A stretch of DNA of 39,586 bases from a virus (taxonomy: Duplodnaviria > Caudoviricetes). Below, in pieces: positions 7,656 through 19,600 of the stretch (the first letter of the stretch is position 1; each line of letters begins with the position of its first letter). Both the position numbers and the translations under genes were made by a program. The stretch lies in IMG/VR virus record IMGVR_UViG_3300020325_000030, positions 1-39,586 of that record. One strand, given 5' to 3'. The notes beneath the pieces are model-generated. The model worked only from the letters and a program-made list of their open reading frames with translations. It was not told the origin of the DNA and did no database searches.

Positions 7656-10600
7656 TCAAGCAAGTGCAATCGCTCTAAAGTCTTTCAGTTTAACTGGAGT
7701 TGACTCATTTGTCGAGGAGAGGACAATTTTGATTGCAAAGGCAGTAAATTGATCAACATTATCAACAGAGAATTGATATTCTGAATACGCATTCTTATCA
7801 TTCAAATTTGGTGGAACAAAAGCATCTGCTCTTCCGCTATTTTTATTGGGATCAATTACTTGGTCGCCAAATCCATCACCATCAGTATCAATTAAATTAT
7901 CATATCCAGGGAATGGAATGAATTTTTGCTCAACACCACTAGAATCTGCTTTAAACAGTTGATAGAAGACTCTAAAATCAGCATCTTCTTGTCTATTAGC
8001 AGCAATGATAACCTTCAAACTAGTTGCTGGTTGTGCGAGAGAAATACCTTTAGTAACAAAAACTGCACCATGAGGATCACCTTCTACATCATTGCTTCTA
8101 GAGTCATTTACATAATCGTCGATAGGTTGATTAGATTTATTTCTACCAAGAACAAATGTTGCATTCTGAGTATCCATCATAGGTGATAGATTTTCATTTT
8201 CAGTTCTAAAGTCAACTCTAAGAGTAAGTGACTTATTAGCTGGAAGTTCAGTAAGTCTCTCAGTTTCATTGATTTCTGAAGCAACCATTCTAGGAGTTTG
8301 GAATGTAATTACTTTGTTGAGGGTAACTGGTTCATAACCCTTATCAATGAATGATGTTTCATTTCCACCAGCACTAGTTCCACTAATAGTTCTTACATTA
8401 CATCTTGCCTTTGTTCCTTTACCTGGAGTGATAATGTTAAACAATGGTTCCAATGAACTAAACTGATAGTTCTGAGAAATACCAACAGTTTTTCCACCAA
8501 AACCTTTCTCTGATGTAAAGTTAACCATACCTCCGCCACTAGATCTGTCAGTTGGCGCTAACAGTGTTCTATCAAATTCAAGATGATAAGTATCAATATT
8601 AGAATTTTGGGACTTATAGTATGTGGAAGGAATATCATGCGTTGTATTAATTCTAGCTAGAGATACACCATTAACTTCATATGGTTGAATTGTAGAATTA
8701 ATTGCATGTGTAATCTTAGAAGATCCACCAATTGATCTACCATTAATTGTTAATGTTCCTGCAGGAGCAGTAGTCTCATTAATACCATTATAAGAGATAA
8801 TTTCACTACCCAGAAGTGCATATCCTCTGGAAGTAGTAATCCCTTCGAAAGATGAGAAAATAGTTGTATTAGCAACTGAAACCTGAGTTGAATTATCGGT
8901 TAATTCAGATGTGGTTTGAGTTGTTGAAGTATCTGGTGCAATATCAACAATTTGTATCTTGTTGTTTCCACCATGGTGTGCATGATTTTGTTGCTTAACT
9001 CTGAATACATTTCCAGAATACTCATTAGCAACTAATGATGAATCTGCAGAAGCATCTGCACCAGAATTTACTCTTGTAGATAAGTTTGTTGGATCTGTAA
9101 GGTAGAAGATATCACTTGTGTTAGTGAAGTGCTCTCCTTGAACATCGGTAAGATATAGAGTATCTGTTGATGCACTGATATTGCTAATAGTAAACTTAGC
9201 ACCAGTTCCAACTCTAGTTGCAGCAGTAGCACCAATAGTTGAGGTCACAATCCCAACCATTTCACCGTTAACATATCCAGAACCATTCGTGGTTAGAGTT
9301 GCACTAGTTACTTTACCATCAGCATCAGTGTCGATGCTTACGATACCACCAGTTCCTTTTCCACTAATTGAATAAAGTTGTGCTCCAGTAATACCAGTTT
9401 GACTTGCTTTATATCCAGTACCACCTGCATCAACTTCAATTCCTGAAGCAGCAGCACCAAAGTTTTCAACAAAACCATTAACATTTGATCCTGTAGCACC
9501 TTGAATGACTCTAGTTCCAAGATTAACGGAACCACTAAGTGTTCCTGCAATAGGTAACTTAAGTTTTCTTGGAAGACCTTCAACTGGATTTTCATTTAAT
9601 ACTGCACTATTAGTTCCCTTAGGAGTAATATCACTATTATACCAAGTTACAGTACCAGAGTTAACAAACTTTGCTTTATAAAGTTTGAAAGTGAGATCTT
9701 GGAATTGACTTGCAGTCCAAATTGTACCGTTTTGAGACTTAAACAGAGAACCACCAATATATTGCTTAGTAACAACAACATTTTGAACATCTGGAAGAGT
9801 TGATGTTCTAACGGTCTTTTGACCCATGGTTGCAGTCCACATTTCATATCCATCAGATGCAGGTGAAAGAATAACGATGGCGTACTCTTTTTCTGCTTCA
9901 AGATATACTGGAGATGGGAAACGAACTCTTGTTGGAACTGGTTCAAATGGATTATTTACATTAATATTAATATCATCAGGATTCAATGCAACCTGAGTAT
10001 AATCCTGAACTAAGAAGGAAGTTGGTGTTCCAAGTTCCATAGTTCTAAGTTCAACAAAAACCTTAGCACCAGGATCTTTAGTTGCAAAGTAAAGATCAAA
10101 CGAAGTTAAGAATGCACCTACACCATCAACCGTGAATGACTGTGCAAGAGGGTCTCTGTGTGGAGCTTTAACTTCGACATTAATTTCAGTTGCTTTTCTA
10201 GCAGGTTTGGGTGGATTTCTAACAGAAACTCTACTAGTTTCTTGTGTAAGAACCGTTCCAGAACCACTATATGTTCCGAGTGCTTCGGATGCAAATACAG
10301 TTGAACCAGGGAGAACAACAGTATTAGGTGGAACAGCAGTGACTTTAACAGTCTTAGTACCACTCTTGACTCTAGTAGCAGGTTTTGGTTTGCTATTTGG
10401 ATCTCTAAAGAAGAAATTAGCAACGATATCACCCCAATTATCAGAAATCAACTCTGCTCTGGTAATCTTCGCTACTGCACCAGAAGTTGTTCCTACAATC
10501 TTAAATCCTTTCTCAATATATCCAAAATATTTTTGTTGTGTGGAAAGAACCCTAGTACCAAAATTTATCAGTTTAGAAGTTGGAGAGTAACCATCACCAG

Positions 10601-13600
10601 GTGCAGGTCTATTTCTATCATATGGGTCAACAGTGTATTTTTCAACCAAAACTGCAGGTGAACCTAATCCGGCACCAATATCTGGTCTAGATGTATCACC
10701 AAACTTATGATTTGGTTTTTGAATTCTAATAAATCCAACCTTATTATCATTAGCATCTAAGATATTTGCATCTTCAAAAACAGTAAATGTACCAGAAATC
10801 ATATTGATTTCACATAACTTGGGTACAATATCAACCTGCTGACTATCAAGATACAGATAATGTTTAGAATATGGTCTTAGACCATTTGCATTGAAATAAA
10901 CGTTTCTAGAACGCATCCAAGGATCTGCTTCACCGGATACCTTTACATCTTCAACATAGTCAAACTCTCTAGAAGGTCCTGTGAGTTTTGGTTTATATTT
11001 TGTTTCAGTTGTAATGGTCGTAGTGGTATATGCTCTAGTACCTCTTTCACCTCTACCACCACCTTTCTTGTAGGTAACATACTCTGTTTTCTTATCTACA
11101 TCTCTAGTTACACTTGCCTCTTGCTTCCACTTAGCACCAGTAGATTCTGTTCTATGATCATCAATATAGATAGTTCTCACCCAGTTATCGGATGCAGGAT
11201 CAAGAGCAACAGCACCCTGGAAAACAATTACGTTAAATGGGTTAACATTTTCTACATTAGTTGCATGAGGTTGATCTAACCAATCAACTTCAGTGTATGC
11301 TAAGGTAAGCATATCACCAGTCTTTTGGATGCTTGGATCTGCAAGTTTAAGATTCTGACTTAAATCTGCAGAAGATATATCAATATTAGGATCTAATGCT
11401 AACTGAGCATCCATTGACCAAAAATCAATTGGTGCTATACCAGTTGCACCTTCCTTACTAATATCGATAGTAGTATAGCGAGGATCTGCAAGAGACTTAT
11501 CTCTAAAATCTGAAACGATAAATCCACTCTTAAATCTATCTAAACCATTAGCATCAGTAACAGAGAGTGTCTTAGCATTGAGTTCCAGCATAGTAAGACT
11601 GGTAACTTCTTCCAAGTTCTCAATTCTATCCTCAAGTTTACCAATGTCTCTCATGGTAAATCTTCTATTATCTCTAAGAAGGATTCTTGGATCCTTAGCA
11701 GTGTTATAGAGATATGCGGGAAGGGAAATTTGTGCAATTTCCATAGCATCATCAGCAAGAACAGGTGCCTGAGGAATATCTGCAGGTTCACCTTTCAGAA
11801 CTTCTACTTGACCCAGACGATTAATGCTAACAAGGTCAATTCTTGGAAGATAGTAACTATATCCAAAGAAGGAAGTTTCATCTGGAGTTATTACATATCT
11901 AAAAGTAGATTCATACTGTCTTGTGCTAAATCCAAATGGAGATGCGTTAGTAGACAGATCAAATGGTTTGACTCTTGGTCTAAAATCAACTAAATCGGTA
12001 GCACGAATACCATTTGGAAGAGATGGGATATCACTCTTGTATCTGCTAGCACCATATGAGTTGCAAGTAAATACATCTCCACTATTACCAGAAGCAACTT
12101 CATACTTATCAAAGATGATAAGGAGTTTCTTATCTGGAGTTGGAGCACCAGGTCTCTTAATAATTCTAGAATAATCACAGAATTCATGTCTGTGACCATC
12201 ATCCAGTTTATAATTTGCTGTTATATCAACATAGCTTCCTTTAGTTGCCTGTTGAATAACAATATCTAAAGCAGAATCTCCAAACTTAACATTTTCACCA
12301 ACAATAAAGTTGTTTGTATTTCTAGGTACATAGAAAACTTCAGTTGCTGTTGCACTAACAACTTGACCAATTGCTCTACCATCTTTACCAGTAATTTTTT
12401 CACCAATAATTACATTTTGGTCGAGAGATAATCCTGTTGCAAAAGTCAGTTTATCGAGGATTGGTGTATTACCATCGGTTGATTCGTAAATTGCACGGAC
12501 ATCTACAACATCAGGAACATTCAAAGATATTTCTTTATCTTCAATTCTAGTTCCAAAATACTTACTATTAGTAAGATTATTGAGAGTTTTAGTTTTCTGA
12601 GTTCTTGTAACTTCTAATTGCTGACTTCTAATAAAATCTTTTGATTTGTCTGTAACAGTTCTCTTAGAAAGAGTTGCAATAACTGTTACATTGGAATCGG
12701 TTGATTTACTAAGACCATCAAATGTAACACTTGCTCCACCGCTACCCAACGTAGCCATACCAGAAGTTAATTTTTCTGTGGTTCCGTCAGAATAGTGGAT
12801 TGAATATCTCTCTGCATCAAATGACTCATAAAATACGCTGGTAATTCCTGCCGAAGTATCAATTGCATCTGCAACAGTAATTTCCATACTGTTACCAGAA
12901 ACTGACTTACCAGTAATCTGCTTAGTAATCGTCAACTGTGCTCCAGACAGATCAACTGATGCAATATTTGCAACAGGTAATGGAGAATATAGACCCGTAG
13001 AACCAAAATTAATGATTCTAGGAACCATCATCGAGAATGTATAATTTCCATTCGTGTGAACATTTCTAAAAACACCAGTAACTGCTTGTGCCGGTGTTGT
13101 TAGACTAATATTAGTTCCATCTGCAGAGATTGCAGTAATATCAGCGTAAATTGGATCGGCATTACCGTTCTGATACTTTATAGTTCTTCCTTTTTTTATT
13201 CCAGTTACACCATTGAAAAATCTTCCACCAACTTTAGCAGTTCTAGTTGTGGTAGATCCGCTGATATTCATCAAATCAGTCTTAGCAAAGTTGGGGAGAC
13301 CAACTTCATGAAGAACTGTATTTGCAAGGAAGTTTTGCTGAATATTGCTATTCAAAGCATCAGCATCTTGGAATACTGCTTTGATATCTTCTGTTGTATA
13401 TACAGTAATATCTTGAATACCTGTCTGTAATGTAATTTCTTCGTTGATAATTATCTGCTCACCAACAAGAAATTCTCCAGAAGTTTGATTTAATTTGTAA
13501 ATATTACCAGATGACTCTGCAAGATATCCAGTTGCACCACTAGAAAGACCTCTAAACATAGAAGTCAGTGGAGCTTCAGTCTGGTTGTAAGTGTTACTAA

Positions 13601-15089
13601 GAGTCAGTTCTGTAAATGTCTGAACATCATAAAGGAATAAATCCCACTCAGTGGCATTTCCTTTGTAACTATCATCAGTTACACCAAACCAATAAACTCT
13701 TGCCTCACCAATTTTGGTTGTAAGACCAGCAGTTGCCTGATCAGTGATATTGTTGCTACCATTATGATTTCTTCTTTCTTTGTAAAGTTCAATAATATTA
13801 CTATCAGTAGTATTCGCTCCAGAAGTATCTCCAATATTGATGTATGGTACACCAGAGACATTATTAACTCTCAAAAGACTTCCCATGGTAAATGGGATTT
13901 GAGAAGTAGGAATTGTTTTTGTAGTTCTTGGTTTTTCAACATCAACTACTGTTGAACCTACCAAATCAATATCATATCCTCTAACATATGCAGTTCCAGC
14001 AGAAACTTTAACCGCCATCAAATCTTCTGTGGGTGTATTACCCTCATCAGTTACTTCATCAGATCTAAAGAGACCACCATTTCCAGTCTCATTATTCAAA
14101 GATTCTGATGCTTCAACAATGAAACTATCTACAGCATAATCACCAGATTCTTCAAATGTTCTCTTAGCAAAGTAATCTCTGATTAAATTGTAATCTGACT
14201 TATTTTGTAACTTCTTAATTACACCTTCGTCAATTTTAACAAGTTCAACGAAGTTAGTATCTTCATTATCAGTGAGTTCTTTTTTTGCTAACTTAAGACT
14301 AATTTTTAATCTATCTGCACCTGGTGCAGCATAGTTTGTAAATCCTTTTGCGTTATCATTAAGAGAAGGATCTTCATCAGAATTGATAATTTCTTCAACA
14401 ATATCAAAACCAACTCTGTATGATGGAGTATTGCTATATGGATCGAGGACAATTTGTGAATCTTGAACGTCTACAAACGTTCCTCTAATAAAGTAAACAC
14501 CCTGTGCAACGCCTACAGCATACCCTGTAGCAGGCGAATTAACAGTTGTAAGACTGAATACAGTATCTCCTTCTACGAGTGTTGTATTGCCGTATGTGAC
14601 GTTCTCAAGAAGTTGGATTACTTCTCCATTTAAGAATTCTACAGATTCTCCATCATTAGCGCCATCAAGATACTTAACAAATAATGTAATTTCTTCTATA
14701 TCCTGATCTGGTACATTAGGATTTCCTGTTGGAAGAATATAACCTTTGATTGTGCCAACAACTTCAGACGTTACACCTTTAACTTTAGTACCTTTGCCGC
14801 TAACAATAGCATCTAAGTAGACAGTAATATCAATACCTAGATGATCTGGATTTACTTTGATAGTAGTAAAGGCATTATCACATGTAATTCCTCCAGGAAT
14901 TACCATAGAACCTTCTTTGAACATGTGACTGCCAAAAGATTCTATCTGGTTCTGTAAAATCGACTGAAGACCAGTTAATTCTCTAGCCTGAACAGGATGT
15001 CCAGGTTTGAATAGAACCTTATAAAAATTATCGTCCTTATCAAAGTCATCATAATATGGACTTACGTTGAGGTTAGTCTTCTGTGGCAT
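7656..15089 (-). CDS. Large virion structural protein (DUF4815 / VrlC-like)
   Basis: N-terminal TNLNVSPYYDDFD..FYKVLFKPG.PVQARELT.LQSILQNQ, plus YAAPGADRLKI, NRRFTMRDIGKLE.RI, DPLAQSF and GSLFKSQNG motifs; follows gp8 as in T4-like cyanophages. Confidence 0.85.
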   Translation of the reverse strand: MPQKTNLNVSPYYDDFDKDDNFYKVLFKPGHPVQARELTGLQSILQNQIESFGSHMFKEGSMVIPGGITCDNAFTTIKVNPDHLGIDITVYLDAIVSGKGTKVKGVTSEVVGTIKGYILPTGNPNVPDQDIEEITLFVKYLDGANDGESVEFLNGEVIQLLENVTYGNTTLVEGDTVFSLTTVNSPATGYAVGVAQGVYFIRGTFVDVQDSQIVLDPYSNTPSYRVGFDIVEEIINSDEDPSLNDNAKGFTNYAAPGADRLKISLKLAKKELTDNEDTNFVELVKIDEGVIKKLQNKSDYNLIRDYFAKRTFEESGDYAVDSFIVEASESLNNETGNGGLFRSDEVTDEGNTPTEDLMAVKVSAGTAYVRGYDIDLVGSTVVDVEKPRTTKTIPTSQIPFTMGSLLRVNNVSGVPYINIGDTSGANTTDSNIIELYKERRNHNGSNNITDQATAGLTTKIGEARVYWFGVTDDSYKGNATEWDLFLYDVQTFTELTLSNTYNQTEAPLTSMFRGLSSGATGYLAESSGNIYKLNQTSGEFLVGEQIIINEEITLQTGIQDITVYTTEDIKAVFQDADALNSNIQQNFLANTVLHEVGLPNFAKTDLMNISGSTTTRTAKVGGRFFNGVTGIKKGRTIKYQNGNADPIYADITAISADGTNISLTTPAQAVTGVFRNVHTNGNYTFSMMVPRIINFGSTGLYSPLPVANIASVDLSGAQLTITKQITGKSVSGNSMEITVADAIDTSAGITSVFYESFDAERYSIHYSDGTTEKLTSGMATLGSGGASVTFDGLSKSTDSNVTVIATLSKRTVTDKSKDFIRSQQLEVTRTQKTKTLNNLTNSKYFGTRIEDKEISLNVPDVVDVRAIYESTDGNTPILDKLTFATGLSLDQNVIIGEKITGKDGRAIGQVVSATATEVFYVPRNTNNFIVGENVKFGDSALDIVIQQATKGSYVDITANYKLDDGHRHEFCDYSRIIKRPGAPTPDKKLLIIFDKYEVASGNSGDVFTCNSYGASRYKSDIPSLPNGIRATDLVDFRPRVKPFDLSTNASPFGFSTRQYESTFRYVITPDETSFFGYSYYLPRIDLVSINRLGQVEVLKGEPADIPQAPVLADDAMEIAQISLPAYLYNTAKDPRILLRDNRRFTMRDIGKLEDRIENLEEVTSLTMLELNAKTLSVTDANGLDRFKSGFIVSDFRDKSLADPRYTTIDISKEGATGIAPIDFWSMDAQLALDPNIDISSADLSQNLKLADPSIQKTGDMLTLAYTEVDWLDQPHATNVENVNPFNVIVFQGAVALDPASDNWVRTIYIDDHRTESTGAKWKQEASVTRDVDKKTEYVTYKKGGGRGERGTRAYTTTTITTETKYKPKLTGPSREFDYVEDVKVSGEADPWMRSRNVYFNANGLRPYSKHYLYLDSQQVDIVPKLCEINMISGTFTVFEDANILDANDNKVGFIRIQKPNHKFGDTSRPDIGAGLGSPAVLVEKYTVDPYDRNRPAPGDGYSPTSKLINFGTRVLSTQQKYFGYIEKGFKIVGTTSGAVAKITRAELISDNWGDIVANFFFRDPNSKPKPATRVKSGTKTVKVTAVPPNTVVLPGSTVFASEALGTYSGSGTVLTQETSRVSVRNPPKPARKATEINVEVKAPHRDPLAQSFTVDGVGAFLTSFDLYFATKDPGAKVFVELRTMELGTPTSFLVQDYTQVALNPDDININVNNPFEPVPTRVRFPSPVYLEAEKEYAIVILSPASDGYEMWTATMGQKTVRTSTLPDVQNVVVTKQYIGGSLFKSQNGTIWTASQFQDLTFKLYKAKFVNSGTVTWYNSDITPKGTNSAVLNENPVEGLPRKLKLPIAGTLSGSVNLGTRVIQGATGSNVNGFVENFGAAASGIEVDAGGTGYKASQTGITGAQLYSISGKGTGGIVSIDTDADGKVTSATLTTNGSGYVNGEMVGIVTSTIGATAATRVGTGAKFTISNISASTDTLYLTDVQGEHFTNTSDIFYLTDPTNLSTRVNSGADASADSSLVANEYSGNVFRVKQQNHAHHGGNNKIQIVDIAPDTSTTQTTSELTDNSTQVSVANTTIFSSFEGITTSRGYALLGSEIISYNGINETTAPAGTLTINGRSIGGSSKITHAINSTIQPYEVNGVSLARINTTHDIPSTYYKSQNSNIDTYHLEFDRTLLAPTDRSSGGGMVNFTSEKGFGGKTVGISQNYQFSSLEPLFNIITPGKGTKARCNVRTISGTSAGGNETSFIDKGYEPVTLNKVITFQTPRMVASEINETERLTELPANKSLTLRVDFRTENENLSPMMDTQNATFVLGRNKSNQPIDDYVNDSRSNDVEGDPHGAVFVTKGISLAQPATSLKVIIAANRQEDADFRVFYQLFKADSSGVEQKFIPFPGYDNLIDTDGDGFGDQVIDPNKNSGRADAFVPPNLNDKNAYSEYQFSVDNVDQFTAFAIKIVLSSTNESTPVKLKDFRAIALA

Positions 15090-15092
15090 TTT

Positions 15093-16652
15093 TTAGAATT
15101 CCAGTACTATCTTTAAGTCTTCTTTTTGGCGTGCGTTTCTAGCAATACTTGCTCGATTATCAAGGAAAATAACATCCCCTGAACCTTTATTTATCTCAGG
15201 AACCGCCATGCCTCCTGTAAAGTTAACACCAAGGTTAATTAACTTTGTTCCTGTTGGATTTGTACTAAATCCAGCAAATCCTGTATCAATCGATCCAGTG
15301 AATGCTGATATATCACCAGAAATCAAAGCGGAAGATGATTCAAAAGGATATGCTCTACCTCTGGTAGAAATACCCGCATAATCTTGGGTATCAAGCGTTG
15401 TCTGATTTAAGAAAAGTGATCTATCTTGGAAATACTTGAGAACTTTTGTTTCTTGGTCAAAAGAAGCGACATACCCAAATGCTCTTCCATTTCCACTATC
15501 AACAACTTGTTCAATTTTTTCTCCAACTTTTGGAGTTCCAACAACAGAAGAAAATTTAAACGAATTTAAATTATTGAAATTTTCTTCATAGAATGTACCA
15601 CTAGTTCCAACAGCAGTTGGATTCTTAATGATAGAAACCTGAGCAAAACTAGTATCAGTTGGGAAATCTCTATCACTACCATCAAAACGAGCATAAACTA
15701 GAACTTTATCAGTTCCTAATTCTGTGTAAATATCATATCCATGACCTTTAGATGGAGGGATAATGGGAACTAAGTGTGCATTGGTTCCTGTTGAATTTGA
15801 GTTAATTGCACCCAAGTCAACCATTGCATAACTGTATCCTTTACCACCGGTGGTAACAACCGCCCTAGTAATTTTTCCACCAACAACGTCAACTCTTACT
15901 TTACCACCAGTTCCATCACCAATGATATCCATCTCTTGACCGAGACCATTAGCATAGTTAGCACCAGATTTTTGAATGAAAACCGTTTTAATTTGATTTT
16001 CATTTACATCTGAGTCTGCTGCTTCTCTAATTGATCTAATTTGAGGATCTGTTGAAGTTCCCCAATCATTAGGTACTGTAATGTATTCAGTAGAATCAAA
16101 CTTTACGATATCACTTGGACTTACTGTGAACAGATACTTCCAAATATATCCATCTCCACTATCACCAGCTCTTGATGGTTCTAAATCGGTAAATTTTGGT
16201 TGATCCTGAGATACATTACCTTTTATGTTATCTCCCGTAGAACCATTTTCAATACAGACATATACTCTGAAATCCTCATTCATCACATAATAATTTGCAT
16301 CATATAATCTTGATGCATTAGTCAGAGGTGCTGGATATAGAATGCTGTAATCATGGCGATACATTTCATAACGATTACCTTGTACGTAATCAATTCTTCG
16401 GATCAATCTCCTGACGTTGGAAGAAGTTACTTGTCTCCCAAACATAACAACATCACCTGAATGTGAATTATAATCCAGGTTATCGATGGGTGCGGGAGGG
16501 TTAGTATTCCAAGTATTGCTCCTACCATATCCAACAACAGTTGGATTAGGTAGACCTACAGTAATGTAATATGAATTTCTATCGTCGGAAAACGATTCAA
16601 CAAAATTACTGGCATTCAGGATTCTAAATTGATCAGTAACAAGTGCGGACAT
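15093..16652 (-). CDS. gp8: Baseplate wedge subunit gp8
   Basis: YEMYRHDY, YYVMNEDFRVYVCIENG, DGYIWKYLF, PPSKGHG and C-terminal QKEDLKIVLEF. Confidence 0.92.
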   Translation of the reverse strand: MSALVTDQFRILNASNFVESFSDDRNSYYITVGLPNPTVVGYGRSNTWNTNPPAPIDNLDYNSHSGDVVMFGRQVTSSNVRRLIRRIDYVQGNRYEMYRHDYSILYPAPLTNASRLYDANYYVMNEDFRVYVCIENGSTGDNIKGNVSQDQPKFTDLEPSRAGDSGDGYIWKYLFTVSPSDIVKFDSTEYITVPNDWGTSTDPQIRSIREAADSDVNENQIKTVFIQKSGANYANGLGQEMDIIGDGTGGKVRVDVVGGKITRAVVTTGGKGYSYAMVDLGAINSNSTGTNAHLVPIIPPSKGHGYDIYTELGTDKVLVYARFDGSDRDFPTDTSFAQVSIIKNPTAVGTSGTFYEENFNNLNSFKFSSVVGTPKVGEKIEQVVDSGNGRAFGYVASFDQETKVLKYFQDRSLFLNQTTLDTQDYAGISTRGRAYPFESSSALISGDISAFTGSIDTGFAGFSTNPTGTKLINLGVNFTGGMAVPEINKGSGDVIFLDNRASIARNARQKEDLKIVLEF

Positions 16653-16669
16653 TGTTATCTTTTTTTATA

Positions 16670-16677
16670 TATTTATA
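16670..16677 (-). promoter_or_regulatory. T4-type late promoter TATAAATA
   Basis: Exact consensus about 18 nt upstream of the gp8 ATG. Confidence 0.8.
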
Positions 16678-16685
16678 GGAGATTA

Positions 16686-19600
16686 TCAGGAGTAGAAGTT
16701 GAGGTCGTTATCGAGAATTAAATTCTGATTAGCAACTGGTTTTCTGGAACGGACTGCTCCAGTTTTGCCTTGACCAAAGTTTCCTCTCCTTTGAATGGTT
16801 GGGAATGTTGAAAGACCCGAATCAACAGTTAGTCCAGTAACACCAATTGAAATTGGAGATCCTTTTCTTTCTGAATAATTGTATATTCTTCCCCAGGATA
16901 ATGTTCCAAGAGAAGTAGTCAATCCTGCAAGATTTTCGTCAAAATTACCAGTTGAAGTAATTCCAGTTAAATCTGAAGTACTCTTTACATTACAAATAAT
17001 TTCACCATTTGATGCAAGACTTGAGATAGAATCTACGATGTAGATATTATCTAGGAATGTAGTTCCAACACCAACAACAGCATCGTCGGAATCGTATACC
17101 GAAACTGCTCCTTGTCCAACTGTGGTGTTGTAAATCATCACTGGATATCCAGCAACAAGATCTAATACATCAGATGCAACTTGAGATTCGCCATTTACAC
17201 CATAATCTTGCAATCCAACAAAGTTGAATTTAATTGCCTTTTGCCCACCAGTTCCAGTAGTTTCTGAAATACCAGTAATAATTCCACTAAATCCTTGAAC
17301 ATTAGCAACTTCTGAAATTCGCTCAAATTTAGCAGTAGGAATTTCCACAATAGTTTGTGGAAGATTTGTGGTTGTATATCCAAATCCAATATTAGTTAGG
17401 GAAACATTGGAAATGGAACCATCTGAAGCAATAGTTGCAGTAGCAGATGCTGTCGTACCAACTCCTACACCGATTGATTTTGGAGCAGAGAACTTAACAT
17501 CAATGGAAGAACCTGTATATCCAGCACCAGCATTTGCGATAGAGATGGAAGATATTGTTCCTCCTGCACCAACAGTTACGGAGAATTCTGGAGATACTGG
17601 TTCGGAGTGATCAATTAAGAATGCATCGAATTCAAAAGTATTTACATTCAAATCATAAACTATTTCATCATAGTCAAAGAATTGTGCATTATCGACGAAT
17701 ATTTCTGTTGAATCAGAATTTACATCACCAATAACTTTTGCTGTTGGGAAGATTCTTGGTTCAAGTTGATCTCTTGTCTTGTAGACAATATCACCTTTGA
17801 TAAATTTGTCCTTCTTCTGTTTTGTCCAACTAAATGGTTTGAAATCGTTTTGATTTACACCAGGACCAGTATAAATTGGAGTTTCAACTTTATCAGAACC
17901 AGCAATTTCTGAAATGGTTCTTGATAAAATTTGATCAACAGTTTCTTGGAACAATGGATGTTTTTGGACAAATAAATCATCACCAACCTTCAAGGTCTCC
18001 CTTACAGTTGTAATACCAACATCAACACCTTGTTGACCAACATAGAAGAAAACATCTACCTTATCATTAATTCTTGGTGCTTCTGTAAAGATGAATGATG
18101 TACCGCCAGTAAACTGATAAGCATATCCTGGAGTTTGAAGAACTCCATTGATAAAGATAAGAAGAACAGAATCGAGATCAATTGCACTGGAAAGTGCTTC
18201 ATTATCATCAATTTCAAAACTGAGAAGTTCGCCATTATAGAATAATGGGAATCTCTTTCTATTACCATCTTGATATCCTTTAATACTATCAATATAATCC
18301 ATTTCTCCAAAGGACCAAGAAGAGAAGAAATCATTAAATGTTTCTGTAATTTCAATCTGGAATGGTTCTATAGGATCTGTATAATCTTTGGCAGTTACCA
18401 GACCAACAACTTCAACAATATCACCAATCTTGAATGCATACCCATTTCTAGCAATTTTGAATGAATCAACAAGGAATAATGTTGTTCCAATTCCAACATT
18501 ACTTGTTGTTGCAGCACCAATAGTTAGATTCAACAGAAGATTCTTACCAGTTTCTTCTGTTGGACCAACACCAAGTCTGGAGACACCCTTAACAGGCATA
18601 TTTTCATAGATAGGTTCTGGAATTTCAATAGAAGGATTGATGTAACCAGAACCACCATTTACAATATTGAATGCAAGAGTTCCGCCAACTCCAACTGTTG
18701 CTGTAATCTCTGCACCAGTTCCTGCACCACCACCAGGACCAACATTTACATCAATCGTGTTATCGGTAACAGAAGTAATTGTGAGAGAAGAACCAGATGC
18801 TGGATCAGTCGATCTTGGATATGATTGCTCAGTAAAGAAATCATCATCAGAACATCTGAAGATCAAAGAGTCATTTGCGATAGTAATAGTATTACTTGCA
18901 GTAAGACCATGATTTACTATAGTCAATTGCAGTTCACCTGTATGTGAAGTATATTTTGCTGCAGTTGGTGTAAACTGAGCACCAGTATTTGCTGTAATTG
19001 CATTAGTTACTGCTCTTTCAAATCTGTGGATATATGCAAGATCAGTTACGGCAATTGAAACTGGTCCTCTATATCCAGAACCATGATTCAGAGAGAAATG
19101 TTCATATACTTCACCACTGTGATTGTAGTGGTGTGTAATTGAACTTGTACCAACATTTACGGTAAGTTCAGTAGCACTAATAATGTCATGAATATCGAAT
19201 GAACGATCATGATCTGGGAAGATAGTGGTCGTAATTCCACTATATGCTGGAGTACAAGTGAAGTGTAAACCAACTAACTTGACTCTATCACCAGTTTTGA
19301 GATTGTGAGAATCATCCGTCTCAATTTCAAGTATACCAGAGAACTTATTATAAGAAGCAGTATTAATGGAAACTGGATTGGTCCAAGTATTGATTCCAAC
19401 AATCTCAGTTAAAGTTCCACTGGAATTCTTCTTCGCCTTAACCTTTGCACCAACAAGTGGTGCATATCCAAGACCAGGAGTAGAACCTAAAGAAACAATC
19501 AGACCACCTCTTGGAATCTGGTTTTGGTTAATATCAAATTCAGATTCAATATAAGAACCATCAGTTGAAGTAATACCTGTGAATACTACGCTAGAGATTC